A stretch of 24,713 nt of DNA. Source: a virus (taxonomy: Duplodnaviria; Caudoviricetes). Positions 1-9,673 of this stretch are shown in pieces (position 1 is the stretch's first letter; each line of letters starts with the position of its first letter). A program made the translations under genes and the position numbers. The notes beneath the pieces were generated by a model. It was given only the letters and a program-made list of their open reading frames with translations, ran no database searches and was not told the origin of the DNA. The stretch covers positions 1 through 24,713 of the IMG/VR virus record IMGVR_UViG_3300025078_000022; one strand, 5' to 3'.

Positions 1-2
1 GA

Positions 3-104
3 ACAGGTGACATAAGATATGCAGATGGTTCTGACTGGAACCCAGGAAGTACAGGTGAAGGACTGTACATATACTTATCTACAGGAGCGTGGAGTAAACT
101 TTGA
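3..104 (+). CDS. 3' end of a conserved phage virion/tail-associated protein (partial)
   Basis: Open frame from the window edge, TGDIRYADGSDWNPGSTGEGLYIYLSTGAWSKL*; the TGA at 102-104 overlaps the TTG start of the next gene. The YADGxDWNPG...GxYxY...WxKL pattern is one I recognise from podovirus tail-region proteins. Confidence 0.7.
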   Translation, partial: TGDIRYADGSDWNPGSTGEGLYIYLSTGAWSKL

Positions 105-508
105 TTGAAGGGATATTGTCGAAAGACATTGACATGTGGTGGGGATATGTTGATGAGTATATTAAGTCAGCACTTGAGTATGGTATAGACGAGTATACTT
201 CTGATGACATTAGAGAACTGTGTAAGAATAAACAGATGCAGTTATGGATTAAATTTGATAAGAACGTACAGGGTGCATTTATTACACAGATATTAAAATA
301 CCCACAGATGAACATACTATTAGTATTGTTATTAAGTGGTAAGGAATTTAAAAGCTGGAGGAATGAGACCGATGAATTATTACAAAGATATGGTAAAGAA
401 AATGATTGCAAGCACATTGAGTTATTTGGTAGAAAAGGTTGGGGTAATTACCTCAAAGATATTAATTATAAAGAACAAGTTAGAGTATATTCTAAGGAGA
501 TAGTATGA
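101..508 (+). CDS. GNAT-like (acetyltransferase-fold) virion-module protein
   Basis: 135 aa, TTG start after GGAG (91-94); motifs QLW...GAFITQILKYP and C-terminal CKHIELFGRKGW typical of this podovirus family; translationally coupled on both sides. Confidence 0.6.
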   Translation: MIEGILSKDIDMWWGYVDEYIKSALEYGIDEYTSDDIRELCKNKQMQLWIKFDKNVQGAFITQILKYPQMNILLVLLLSGKEFKSWRNETDELLQRYGKENDCKHIELFGRKGWGNYLKDINYKEQVRVYSKEIV

Positions 509-1326
509 GTAAAGGCGGTGGCACAGAAACTACAACGGGAGAGCCTTGGTCAGCAGCTCAACCCTATATAAAGCAGGGCTATGCTGAAGCCGAGAACATG
601 TACAATGATTTTACACCTCAGTATTACTCAGGTCAAACACAAGCACACTTTAGTCCTGACCAACTAACAGCACAAGCTGGTGTAAGAGACTGGGCAGTAC
701 AAGGTGCACCTAATGTAATGAACCCAGCACTTGGTGCTTATCAATATGGTACAGGTTCTAATGTATTAGATGTAGCTAACAATCCATATGTAAGTGGAAT
801 GGCAAATGCTGCAGCACAAGATGCCATGAGCCAACTCAACCCACAACTAGCAGGCATAAGACAGAATGCTATTGTATCAGGAGGATATGGTGGTGGTAGA
901 CAAGGTATAGCAGAAGGACTAGCATTAGGCGGGGCAGCAGATGCTGCAACTAGGGCTGCTGCTGGTATATATGGTAATGCCTATGGTCAAGGATTAAGTC
1001 ATCAAGGTAGTACATTAGGACAAACAGGAGGTCTTATGACTGCAGGATTTGCTCCTTATGCTGCACTAAGTGCATCAGGTGGAGACCAACAAGCTAGAGA
1101 ACAAGCATTAATACAAGATGCACAATCTCAACATTCATTTGAACAGAACTTACCTTACAATAAACTGTCACAATATACAGGTGCTTTGTCTGGAACTCAA
1201 GGTCTACTAGGACCTGCAGGAATTACAACTGCTCCAGGAAGAGGTCCTATGAGTACAATGGGTAGTCTAGCACAGATTGGTAGTTTAGCATTTAATCCAA
1301 CTAATGGATTTTTAAGGAGTATATAA
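505..1326 (+). CDS. Gly/Ala/Gln-rich DNA ejection (pilot/internal virion) protein
   Basis: 273 aa, AAGGAG RBS; N-terminus MSKGGG...EPW...QPY and internal GGYGGGRQGIAEG motif typical of podovirus ejection proteins; position after tail genes. Confidence 0.65.
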   Translation: MSKGGGTETTTGEPWSAAQPYIKQGYAEAENMYNDFTPQYYSGQTQAHFSPDQLTAQAGVRDWAVQGAPNVMNPALGAYQYGTGSNVLDVANNPYVSGMANAAAQDAMSQLNPQLAGIRQNAIVSGGYGGGRQGIAEGLALGGAADAATRAAAGIYGNAYGQGLSHQGSTLGQTGGLMTAGFAPYAALSASGGDQQAREQALIQDAQSQHSFEQNLPYNKLSQYTGALSGTQGLLGPAGITTAPGRGPMSTMGSLAQIGSLAFNPTNGFLRSI

Positions 1327-1327
1327 T

Positions 1328-2245
1328 ATGCCAATAAATAATACAGGACAATATACATATGGAGTACCTCAGAACAATGGTTACTATTCTAGTGGCTATG
1401 GTAGTATGGGAAATCCATACATAGTTGGAGGACCAGGCTACACAGGTACTATGAACAATACAGGTGGTGGTAGCCTAACAGGTGGTTTGCTTAGTAACTC
1501 AGCAAAGGTCCAATCAAGACCAGGGTTTGATGATAGCTCAGGATTACCTATACACACTAGCCATGTTATTAAACAGGATGGTACTCCTGAAATGACAAGC
1601 TCTTTCTATTTCAATCAAGCACAGAAACCTGGACAGTCACCTAAAGAATGGGATGCTATGAATAGGTTTGAAAAGGCACAAATACATGAGAATGCTGCAA
1701 GGTTAGCAGTCGAAGCTGGTGATGTATATTCAGCAAGAAGAAGTATGGATGTTGCAGAAAGACTTAGAACAGAAACTCCAGACTGGGCAAACCCTGAAGG
1801 AGGATATAAAGGATTAGCACCTTGGAACTATGGTGATGAGGGTGAGTTTGTTGCACCTGGAGTAGGAGACTATGAGATAATTCCTGGAGACCAAAGAGGT
1901 CTACTTAGTAACATAGACAAGGAAAGCATTAGTAATATATTTGATTGGATTAACCCACTAGGTATTCTTAGTAAAGCAGATGATATTAACATTCCTGACT
2001 TAATAACAGATTTTGTACAGAGTAAATTTAATGCAAATAAAAGCAAACCAGAAGTAACAGCATCTGTCGCAGCAGGACCTATGGGTTATCTTCAAGATAA
2101 TGCTGCAAGGGATGCAACGCCTAGTATTTGGAATACAGTACCTGCTACTCATGCTGCTGTAGTTAATGCAGGGGATGGTATGAATATTGACCCTGTCTCT
2201 ACCTACGTTGAACCAGCAACGGAATATGATTACTGGCAACTATAA
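1328..2245 (+). CDS. Hypothetical protein, probably virion-associated/ejected
   Basis: 305-aa ORF with AAGGAG RBS; low-complexity G/Y/N-rich N-terminus; lies in the ejection-protein cluster. Confidence 0.6.
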   Translation: MPINNTGQYTYGVPQNNGYYSSGYGSMGNPYIVGGPGYTGTMNNTGGGSLTGGLLSNSAKVQSRPGFDDSSGLPIHTSHVIKQDGTPEMTSSFYFNQAQKPGQSPKEWDAMNRFEKAQIHENAARLAVEAGDVYSARRSMDVAERLRTETPDWANPEGGYKGLAPWNYGDEGEFVAPGVGDYEIIPGDQRGLLSNIDKESISNIFDWINPLGILSKADDINIPDLITDFVQSKFNANKSKPEVTASVAAGPMGYLQDNAARDATPSIWNTVPATHAAVVNAGDGMNIDPVSTYVEPATEYDYWQL

Positions 2246-2264
2246 TTAATACTGGTATATATAA

Positions 2265-3260
2265 ATGAACTGGGAAGATGAAGTTAGGATAAAGGTAGTA
2301 GACACTCAGACTGGTAAAAGGTTTGATGTTTCTCCTAAGGCATTTAAGCAACTCTATCTGGACCACGGTAGTAGGATACAGTTAGATGGTACTGAAGGTG
2401 CTAATGCAGATTATGCTCACTTTGCAGATTTTGGTAGGAAGAAAGCTAGGGATATAGAACCTGCATTTAAGGCTGTTCCTACTGGTAGAGGTGTCCCCGC
2501 TTACCAACCAAGAAGTACGGGGAGAGGTGTTCCATCTCATCAACCAGTGTCTACTAGTAGAGGTGCTCCAGCTTATCAACCAGTAAGCACAGGCAGAGGT
2601 GTTATATCTGCTAGGGAAACTTCACCAGTAAGAGATTATACTGGTTACACAGGTGACACTAGAGGAGTTCAAGAGAGCTGGTGGGATGGTGCGGACATGG
2701 GTCCAGGAATGGATTATATGGAACAGTTTCCTCAGATAGATGGTAGTGATGATAGTATGCGTGAGTATATGATGGGTCGTAGAGACATGAGTGGTACTAT
2801 ATATGACCCAACCCCTTCTAATTTTGTACCTAATGCTATACTAAACAAACCATACACACCTTCTCCTAAAAGACAACAAAAACCAAGCATATGGTCTGAT
2901 GCCTATAACTCCTTAAACTCTATATATGATGAGTATAGTCCACAGTTAAATAGTATATGGAATAATGTGCCTAACATACCAGCCGATGCATTTGATGCTG
3001 GAGAATATGTATTAGATACTTATGACAGTATGGCTAATACAGCATCTGGTATATGGGGTGACTTTACGGATTGGTTGAGTGGTGATGATGAGATTAAAGC
3101 TGCAGAAGCAGAGAAAGCAGAGCTGGATAAATATCTTGAAGATGCTAAATACAGGTATGTTAATATACACGGAGTAGCATTTGATGAAGATGCTAGAAAA
3201 GCTGCAATAGCACAATTTTATAAAGATAAAAGACTAGGTAAATTAATTAGGAGAAAATAA
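2265..3260 (+). CDS. Hypothetical virion-module protein with 12-aa tandem repeats
   Basis: 331-aa ORF; TAATG coupling to next gene; four PxYQPVSTGRGV-type repeats. Confidence 0.6.
   Translation: MNWEDEVRIKVVDTQTGKRFDVSPKAFKQLYLDHGSRIQLDGTEGANADYAHFADFGRKKARDIEPAFKAVPTGRGVPAYQPRSTGRGVPSHQPVSTSRGAPAYQPVSTGRGVISARETSPVRDYTGYTGDTRGVQESWWDGADMGPGMDYMEQFPQIDGSDDSMREYMMGRRDMSGTIYDPTPSNFVPNAILNKPYTPSPKRQQKPSIWSDAYNSLNSIYDEYSPQLNSIWNNVPNIPADAFDAGEYVLDTYDSMANTASGIWGDFTDWLSGDDEIKAAEAEKAELDKYLEDAKYRYVNIHGVAFDEDARKAAIAQFYKDKRLGKLIRRK
2460..2603 (+). repeat. 4 x 36-bp (12-aa) coding tandem repeat
   Basis: PAFKAVPTGRGV / PAYQPRSTGRGV / PSHQPVSTSRGA / PAYQPVSTGRGV (aa 66-113). Confidence 0.9.
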
Positions 3261-4609
3261 TGGGTTACTGTATTTTAAAAAGTGGTGTGCATTCGTCATA
3301 CAATAGAGGGCTTTGTGAGAGTTCTGGTGGTGTATTCTATACTGATTCTGAATATGAAGCACGTGGAGAACAATTAAAAAGAATGAACACTCTTGATAAG
3401 GAAGCTGATGCATACCAGTATGGAACAGGCTCACTTGCAGAAAAAGAAAAAGCCAATGCCTTGAAGAAAATTAAGGATGGTGAGTGGAAAAAGTTTTGGT
3501 TTAAGCAACCTAGAAATACTGGAGAGTATGACCCTACTAAAGGTTCTTTAGGCTGGCTTAGTCGTGATAGCTTAGGTAGTTTACCTTTTGTGGGTGGTGT
3601 TTTTGGTGGTGGAGAGGTTAACGCACCTAAAGGAATGCCTTTCGGAGATAAATTCAATCAAGGTTCTCGTATAAGACCTATACAGCATACGACTAATACT
3701 AAAGAATTGTATGCTGAGCACTTGAAAAAAGCAAGGAATCAATTATATCCTGATGGTTTACCTCCTGAAAAAACTTATGATACATTATCTAATAAAGAAA
3801 AGTCTAAAATAAGAAACCTTACTGCTAGATTTGCACAGGAGGTGGGGCTACCTGATGGTAGCGGAGACATACAAGGTCAATCGGGTGGTGTATTCTATGA
3901 TGGGTATAGGGATAGTAAAGGTTTTAAACATGTTAGCGGTGTTCCTGAAATAATGTATCCAATAGACTTAACAACACCATCTAAGGACTTAACAACATCA
4001 TCTAGTGCTCAGGCAGACTTGAAGAAAGCAATGAATGTACAAGCTGCACTTAATGTACAAAATGAAAAACCTATTAAGAATAAAATAAAAACAAAACCTA
4101 AAGAAATGGAATGGTATGATAAACTAATGTCTGCAACACCTGGTGGTGCTGGTGGATGGGACAATCCTTTGTACAGAATGGGTGAGCTTATAAGAGAGAT
4201 GGATGCACCTGGTAGCTGGGGTCTGGATGGGAAGGCTTCTGAGAGATGGTCTGACATAGCCATAGCAGATGCTAAGAATAAAGCATTGACTGGTAAGAAT
4301 GCTATGGCAGCACAGGCTAAAATTGATGAAAAAGAAATTGACCGTCTTCTTAGTTATGCTAAAACCAATCCTTCACACCTTGCTAAAGCAGTGGCAGAGT
4401 ATTTGCCTGAGGAGTTAAATGAGAGATGGTTTGGCAGGGACTTCACTACTGAAGAAAAACAATCTTTGTCTCACCAAATTGCACTTGCAGCTAGTGATGC
4501 AATGTTTCAGGCTAGTCTTGATGGTCAGTTTATTCCTATTAGTGTGGCTTTGAAATTAGCAGCACAACAATTAGTTAAAGAAAAAAAGAAAAAAGAAAAT
4601 AACAAATAA
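3260..4609 (+). CDS. Hypothetical protein, probable internal virion protein
   Basis: 449-aa ORF, AGGAG RBS, directly before the largest virion gene; function inferred from position only. Confidence 0.6.
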   Translation: MGYCILKSGVHSSYNRGLCESSGGVFYTDSEYEARGEQLKRMNTLDKEADAYQYGTGSLAEKEKANALKKIKDGEWKKFWFKQPRNTGEYDPTKGSLGWLSRDSLGSLPFVGGVFGGGEVNAPKGMPFGDKFNQGSRIRPIQHTTNTKELYAEHLKKARNQLYPDGLPPEKTYDTLSNKEKSKIRNLTARFAQEVGLPDGSGDIQGQSGGVFYDGYRDSKGFKHVSGVPEIMYPIDLTTPSKDLTTSSSAQADLKKAMNVQAALNVQNEKPIKNKIKTKPKEMEWYDKLMSATPGGAGGWDNPLYRMGELIREMDAPGSWGLDGKASERWSDIAIADAKNKALTGKNAMAAQAKIDEKEIDRLLSYAKTNPSHLAKAVAEYLPEELNERWFGRDFTTEEKQSLSHQIALAASDAMFQASLDGQFIPISVALKLAAQQLVKEKKKKENNK

Positions 4610-4611
4610 CA

Positions 4612-7600
4612 ATGGCTAATATAACAGAAGAAGATAAGTGGGGAAAATACTTTGACGGTACATCGTCTGCTGTTGTACAAGATTTTGATGATGAAAAGTT
4701 TGCTAAATATTTTGACACAGATTCTAGTAGAAGTATTGAAGAGACTGACGAGTCTAAGTTTGCTAAATATTTTGATGGTGTTAGTGCTGATGATGCTGGC
4801 TATACCTCAGACTTAAGGTTCTCACAGGCATCATTCAAACAAAGACAAGGTCGTGGCTTTGGTGAACTGGCTGATTATTATACAAAAAAGACTGGCTTAC
4901 AAGTTCCTGGTTTCTTAACTAATTTCTTCCAACAACTGGAGGAAACAGGTGATGAAGAAGTAAAAGGATATGTTCCTGATTATCCTGGACCTGTAACTAA
5001 GGCTGATAGTGTGCCTGGCTGGACTTTTGAAAGTATTAAACAGCAAGCACATGAACAGGGTATAATATATGGTGGTGCATTTATTGCTCAAAGGCTTATA
5101 GCATTAGGCAATCCTTGGGCTATGGGTGCTGGTGCTCTTGTTGCTTCAGGCACAGCAGCTATTACATTTAACACTATACATGACGAAGTGCTACAAGAAC
5201 TTGCACATTTAAATGGTAAAAAAGTTAGTGAGTTATCTGATAAGGAAAGAGACACAGCATATTGGAAGGCTATACAAAACACAGTATTAGAATTTCTACC
5301 TGTAGGAACTATTGGTAGAGGAAAGAAAGCATTTAAGTCAGCTTCTAAAGATATTAAGAGTTTTGCCAAGGATATGGAGAAGTGGTTAAAGAATGCTGAC
5401 AAAGAGAAGATACTAAAACAAGGGAAGACATTTCTTAAGAACTCTGCTAAGTTGTCTCTTGGAGAGGGTGCTACAGAAACTGCTGCACAGCTTAATATTC
5501 AAGCAGCCTCGGACCCAGGTATTGAACACGCTAAAACAGAAGAAGGTAAGGGACAGTTATTATCAGCTCTAGCTGGAGGTATGGGTGGAGGACCTGTGTA
5601 TGGTTCACCACAAAGTATTTCTGATGCACGTTCATTTAATAAAACAATTAAGGAAGGCACTAATTTACTAGAAAGTCTAAACACAAATGAGAGACTGAAG
5701 AGTGGTTCTGATTATGAGACAGCACTTAATTTAGGTCCTCAGCCTGAAGGCTTTGACATTGAACTTGAGCTATATGATGTTCCTGAAAGAAGTAAAGGAC
5801 CAATAAAAAGATTTGGTGATTTACTTATTAGTAAAGGGCTTGGTCGCTCAGTTAATGAATTTAAAAGTGCTTTAAATAAAACCAAGACTGGCAGAGATGT
5901 ACATGATTTACATACTGAAATTTTTGGTGCATTCACAGGAACAGAGACAATGTCTGGTGAGACTCAAGGAAAGACTTCATTCCATGATTTGAAACACCAG
6001 TACCTAGATACATTTGCTCAAAGGTTTTTAGATATACAATCTAAATGGGCTAATAAAATTCCTTTCATGGGTGAGATGGGTGAGAGACCAGTGGCTCCAG
6101 AAATAGATGCCTATTTTGGTGCGTCTCTTGAGAATAGGGTTACTAAAGTTGAAGAGAAAGCACTTCGTAAACTGTTAAGCAGGAAGGATGTAAAAGAATT
6201 AAAGAAAGATATTAATGAAGTTAAAAGTATACGTGACAAGGTGTATAAAGATTTAAGTTCTGTATTAAAAGATTCAGATGTTAGTTTGGGTTATACAGAA
6301 GGATATTTAACACGTGGTATAGACCACAAAGCAGTTAAGAAATATAAACAAGACTTCATAGAAAGTCTTGTCAATGATGTTGAAGTAGTACCTGAAGGGG
6401 TTAAGGAAGAAGATGTTACCTTAGAAATGAGACAAGAAGAAGCTGAGAGAATAGCTAATGATATAATTAATGGTAAGAACCTTACAATACTCACATCTAA
6501 ACAAATAAGAGAAGACAGAAAAAGGAGTGGTCAAGGTAGAAAATATTTTGAAAAATCCAGGAATAAGAATTGGGATGCTTTAGATTCTAAATTTAGAAAT
6601 TCATCTGCCTTCAATTCCATGCAGGATTATTTAACTGCAGCATCTGTAAGAGCAGCATCAACCAAAACATTTGGTGGTAATAATGCTGAAAGATTTTCAA
6701 GTGCTATTGATAGACTTACTAAGAAGGGAGTGCTAAGTAAGCAAGGTGCTCAGACTGCTTGGGATATGTATGATGCAGAACATAATGTATATAATAGACC
6801 AGAGACGGATGACAGAAGGATATGGCAAAGTGTTTCAAAAGGATTGTCTACATTCACAGCCATAAACTTACTAGGTCTTGCCACTCTCGCATCACTAACA
6901 GAGCCTATGTGGATTCCTGGTCGTGTTGGTTATATGAATATGTTGAAGGCACTTCCTACAGTTGCAGGGTATGCATTAAAAGGAATGAAGCGTACTATTT
7001 ATGGTGGTAAAAGAGGTAAGGAAATTGATAAGTCTTTTGGTCGTTCACTATTAAATGTTATGGGTCAGGCTACAAATCCTAAGGTCAATGAGAAGATAGA
7101 AATGATGATGGCTGGAGACTATAATCCACATCTTTCTCTTTTCTTTAGGTCTCCTGGTGGTTTGTTTCTTACACAGTACACTAATGCTGTGCGTACTTGG
7201 ACTGCTGCTGCTGGACTTAAGATGATACAAGGACAGGCAAATAAAGTTAATAGACTCAAAGGTGTTAAACTTTCTGGATTACAGCGTGAGTTGAGAGAGA
7301 ATGGTATGACAGTTGGTGACTTTAAACAAATGGTTAGACTTAATAAAGGCAAGGTAGACATCCTTAATGATAAGTGGTTAGATACTAGGTTTACTAAAGA
7401 GAATGGAACCAGTGTTAGTGTTAGGGATATGTTAGTTCCTTGGTTGCGTAAGATAACTACTGATGTTGCCTTAGAACCACAAGTAGGTAACAGACCTCTT
7501 TGGATGTCTAATCCAGACTTACAGCTACTAGCTCAACTCAAGTCATTCCCTATTCTTTTTAGTAATACAATAGCCAAGAGAACAATGAAGACTTTAAATC

Positions 7601-7944
7601 CTAAGGCTTGTACACCAGCTATTGTTGGTTCAATGAACTCATTAATCTCCACTGCTATGGCTCTCGCAATGGCAACTATGGTTGTTGAGATGAAGAAAGA
7701 AATAAGGGGTTCTGATAAAGAAACAACTCCACTTGATGTTGTGGGTGCTGTTGGTGTGCCTTATGTGACAGCACAAAGACCTGGAGATTTAATTGTTCCT
7801 GCTGCAGTGTCTACAATAGATGGGTTTAGTAAGTGGTTTATGAGTATATTTGATGCCGATGATGATGAAACTATGGAGGATGTTATTAAAGTGATTACTA
7901 AAACATTAGCAGGTACTATATTTGCGGAGCAGTTAGACAAATGA
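4612..7944 (+). CDS. Large internal virion (ejectosome) protein, positional analogue of T7 gp16 / P22 gp16
   Basis: 1110 aa, largely helical-looking, Gly/Ala hydrophobic stretches, EGATETAAQ motif and C-terminal LLAQLKSFP motif typical of large ejection proteins; last large gene of the virion arm. Confidence 0.7.
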   Translation: MANITEEDKWGKYFDGTSSAVVQDFDDEKFAKYFDTDSSRSIEETDESKFAKYFDGVSADDAGYTSDLRFSQASFKQRQGRGFGELADYYTKKTGLQVPGFLTNFFQQLEETGDEEVKGYVPDYPGPVTKADSVPGWTFESIKQQAHEQGIIYGGAFIAQRLIALGNPWAMGAGALVASGTAAITFNTIHDEVLQELAHLNGKKVSELSDKERDTAYWKAIQNTVLEFLPVGTIGRGKKAFKSASKDIKSFAKDMEKWLKNADKEKILKQGKTFLKNSAKLSLGEGATETAAQLNIQAASDPGIEHAKTEEGKGQLLSALAGGMGGGPVYGSPQSISDARSFNKTIKEGTNLLESLNTNERLKSGSDYETALNLGPQPEGFDIELELYDVPERSKGPIKRFGDLLISKGLGRSVNEFKSALNKTKTGRDVHDLHTEIFGAFTGTETMSGETQGKTSFHDLKHQYLDTFAQRFLDIQSKWANKIPFMGEMGERPVAPEIDAYFGASLENRVTKVEEKALRKLLSRKDVKELKKDINEVKSIRDKVYKDLSSVLKDSDVSLGYTEGYLTRGIDHKAVKKYKQDFIESLVNDVEVVPEGVKEEDVTLEMRQEEAERIANDIINGKNLTILTSKQIREDRKRSGQGRKYFEKSRNKNWDALDSKFRNSSAFNSMQDYLTAASVRAASTKTFGGNNAERFSSAIDRLTKKGVLSKQGAQTAWDMYDAEHNVYNRPETDDRRIWQSVSKGLSTFTAINLLGLATLASLTEPMWIPGRVGYMNMLKALPTVAGYALKGMKRTIYGGKRGKEIDKSFGRSLLNVMGQATNPKVNEKIEMMMAGDYNPHLSLFFRSPGGLFLTQYTNAVRTWTAAAGLKMIQGQANKVNRLKGVKLSGLQRELRENGMTVGDFKQMVRLNKGKVDILNDKWLDTRFTKENGTSVSVRDMLVPWLRKITTDVALEPQVGNRPLWMSNPDLQLLAQLKSFPILFSNTIAKRTMKTLNPKACTPAIVGSMNSLISTAMALAMATMVVEMKKEIRGSDKETTPLDVVGAVGVPYVTAQRPGDLIVPAAVSTIDGFSKWFMSIFDADDDETMEDVIKVITKTLAGTIFAEQLDK
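4630..4779 (+). repeat. 3 x K(F/W)xKYFD motif at an exact 20-aa period
   Basis: EDKWGKYFDG, DEKFAKYFDT, ESKFAKYFDG with K at aa 9, 29, 49; DNA aagtttgctaaatattttga occurs twice. Confidence 0.85.
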
Positions 7945-8729
7945 AGACATGCCTAAGCAAAGTTCCTGGTTATCAGCCTAATATTAAGAATGTTCCTATG
8001 CAAGGGGACATTGATAAAGCCTTATCTGAGGAGAATGTAAACAGTAAAAGATTTAAAACTGTAGACGATAAGAAATTCAATCCAGAATTTAAGGATTTAA
8101 AAGAAGAAACAGAAGAAGAAATGTTTAAAATAACAAGGGGGATGGGACTTAGAAAAATTAGAGGGATTGTTATAGCTACTGATGCAAAAATAAAAGCTAA
8201 TGAAGGTACGGTAAAAGAAGAGGATGAGGGTAAGATGGTAGTCCATAATGTTGGAGGAATGATGGGACCTGACTTTATGTATCTCTCTCCTAAGTATGTG
8301 AATACACATTATGATGATTTTGGATGGAGTAAAAAGAATCATTTCAGAAAGAATAAACTAAGTTATATTGAAGAATATAAAGCCAACCCTGGTCTAATAA
8401 AGCCACAGTATCCATTGGTTTCTTCCTTATACAGCACTAAAGAATTACAATTAAAGTCTTTAATGTTCCATGAGCTTGGTCATCATATAATCAATAAAAA
8501 AGAAGGGCTTAAGTCTTTCTTAGAAAAGAATTTTAAAAATCTTGAGGACAGAAAACACAATAGTACCCACTCAAAGAAAGACTACAATGAATGGTTTGCA
8601 GAGAATTTTTCATACTGGGCTATAAGTAGGTATTATAATGAAGCACCCTTAGGAAGACCTAAGGATGTCATAGACCCTAATTTCATGCTGATATTAAATA
8701 AACTACTTAACAAGAAACCCATTAATTAA
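7941..8729 (+). CDS. Putative zincin metallopeptidase (HEXXH)
   Basis: 262 aa; FHELGHHI (HELGH at 8469-8483) followed downstream by NEWFAENF, the ExFAE third-ligand pattern; ATGA-coupled to the large virion gene. Confidence 0.7.
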   Translation: MKTCLSKVPGYQPNIKNVPMQGDIDKALSEENVNSKRFKTVDDKKFNPEFKDLKEETEEEMFKITRGMGLRKIRGIVIATDAKIKANEGTVKEEDEGKMVVHNVGGMMGPDFMYLSPKYVNTHYDDFGWSKKNHFRKNKLSYIEEYKANPGLIKPQYPLVSSLYSTKELQLKSLMFHELGHHIINKKEGLKSFLEKNFKNLEDRKHNSTHSKKDYNEWFAENFSYWAISRYYNEAPLGRPKDVIDPNFMLILNKLLNKKPIN

Positions 8730-9104
8730 TTTCTTCAAGTTAACTAGCTTTATCTTACTAGCCTTATTGTCTCCTCCCATTATAGTATAAGGATTCATTT
8801 CCTTTACTATGTCCCTCAGCTTGTCTGTATTAAATACCAAACTACATACGAGTTCATTGTCTTTAACTAGATTGTGTACCCATAAGTCTGCCTCTGTACT
8901 TGTAAGTCCTGAAGGTCTACCATAACTTTCTACTTCTATACATATGTTACCAGTACCTGCCCACCTATCTCTCTCTGTCTTGACTTCACAAGTCTTTGCA
9001 CCTGAGAACATATCATCTATATACTTCTCCCACACCTGACCAAACTCTAGGTCAACATCAAACTTCTTTAGTTCTTTTATATCTTTTGATTTATTTACTG
9101 GCAT
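8703..9104 (-). CDS. Conserved phage protein, probable PD-(D/E)XK nuclease-like fold
   Basis: 133 aa; FDVDLEFG...EVKTERD.W..TGNICIE...PSGL.STEAD.W pattern with an EVK motif. Confidence 0.55.
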   Translation of the reverse strand: MPVNKSKDIKELKKFDVDLEFGQVWEKYIDDMFSGAKTCEVKTERDRWAGTGNICIEVESYGRPSGLTSTEADLWVHNLVKDNELVCSLVFNTDKLRDIVKEMNPYTIMGGDNKASKIKLVNLKKLINGFLVK

Positions 9105-9495
9105 CTAATTCTCCTCTGATTTCAATCATTACATAGTTCTCATCTATACCACCAAACTTTGTACTAAAGCCAGTGACATAATCATAGTTGTCATCTTCAA
9201 GCACATCCTCTTCAACTAAAGTATCCATTAGAAATTTATGTATAGGAAACGTATAGTTGTCTAGGTCTCTCTTTCTGTTGTTATTAAAATACAGTGTGTA
9301 CTTAGGCTGTATCTTCTTGTATTTAGGTAGTGTCTTTACAAACTCTCTCACTATGTCAGCATAGTCCTGCTTAACTTTGTTCTTAGAGTAGTGGTGTAGG
9401 TTCCTAAATACATTCAGGCTAAGAAGATTTGTTTTCTTCTTGTCTCCTCTTCCTTTGGTGTATGTTGGTAGTGGTAGTATAGTCTTAATCTTCAT
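9091..9495 (-). CDS. rusA: RusA-like Holliday junction resolvase
   Basis: 134 aa; RKRDLDN...K..MD.L....L.DDN catalytic motif of RusA. Confidence 0.85.
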   Translation of the reverse strand: MKIKTILPLPTYTKGRGDKKKTNLLSLNVFRNLHHYSKNKVKQDYADIVREFVKTLPKYKKIQPKYTLYFNNNRKRDLDNYTFPIHKFLMDTLVEEDVLEDDNYDYVTGFSTKFGGIDENYVMIEIRGELDASK

Positions 9496-9673
9496 CCAGT
9501 TTCTCCCAGTTTTTCCAGTATTCTTTCTCTAGTTTGTCTTGCTCCCTCTTGTCAGGACCTCTGCGTATAAACTCATCCCTATGCCACCAAGGTACTACTC
9601 TATTTTTTATCTTTGTTTTCTCGTGGTCTTTAACCATCTTATTTACCTTACCTTTTATATCCCAGTAGCTCAT
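9485..9673 (-). CDS. Hypothetical protein
   Basis: 62-aa ORF overlapping both neighbours, GGAGG RBS. Confidence 0.65.
   Translation of the reverse strand: MSYWDIKGKVNKMVKDHEKTKIKNRVVPWWHRDEFIRRGPDKREQDKLEKEYWKNWEKLDED

Noticed and set aside
5945-5955. AGACAATGTCT, the 11-bp core of the operator, within the large virion gene
   Set aside because: Flanks do not match, and it is intragenic and far from promoters; it may be chance.
79-7361. Short - strand ORFs within the virion arm
   Set aside because: Antisense shadows of well-coupled + strand genes.
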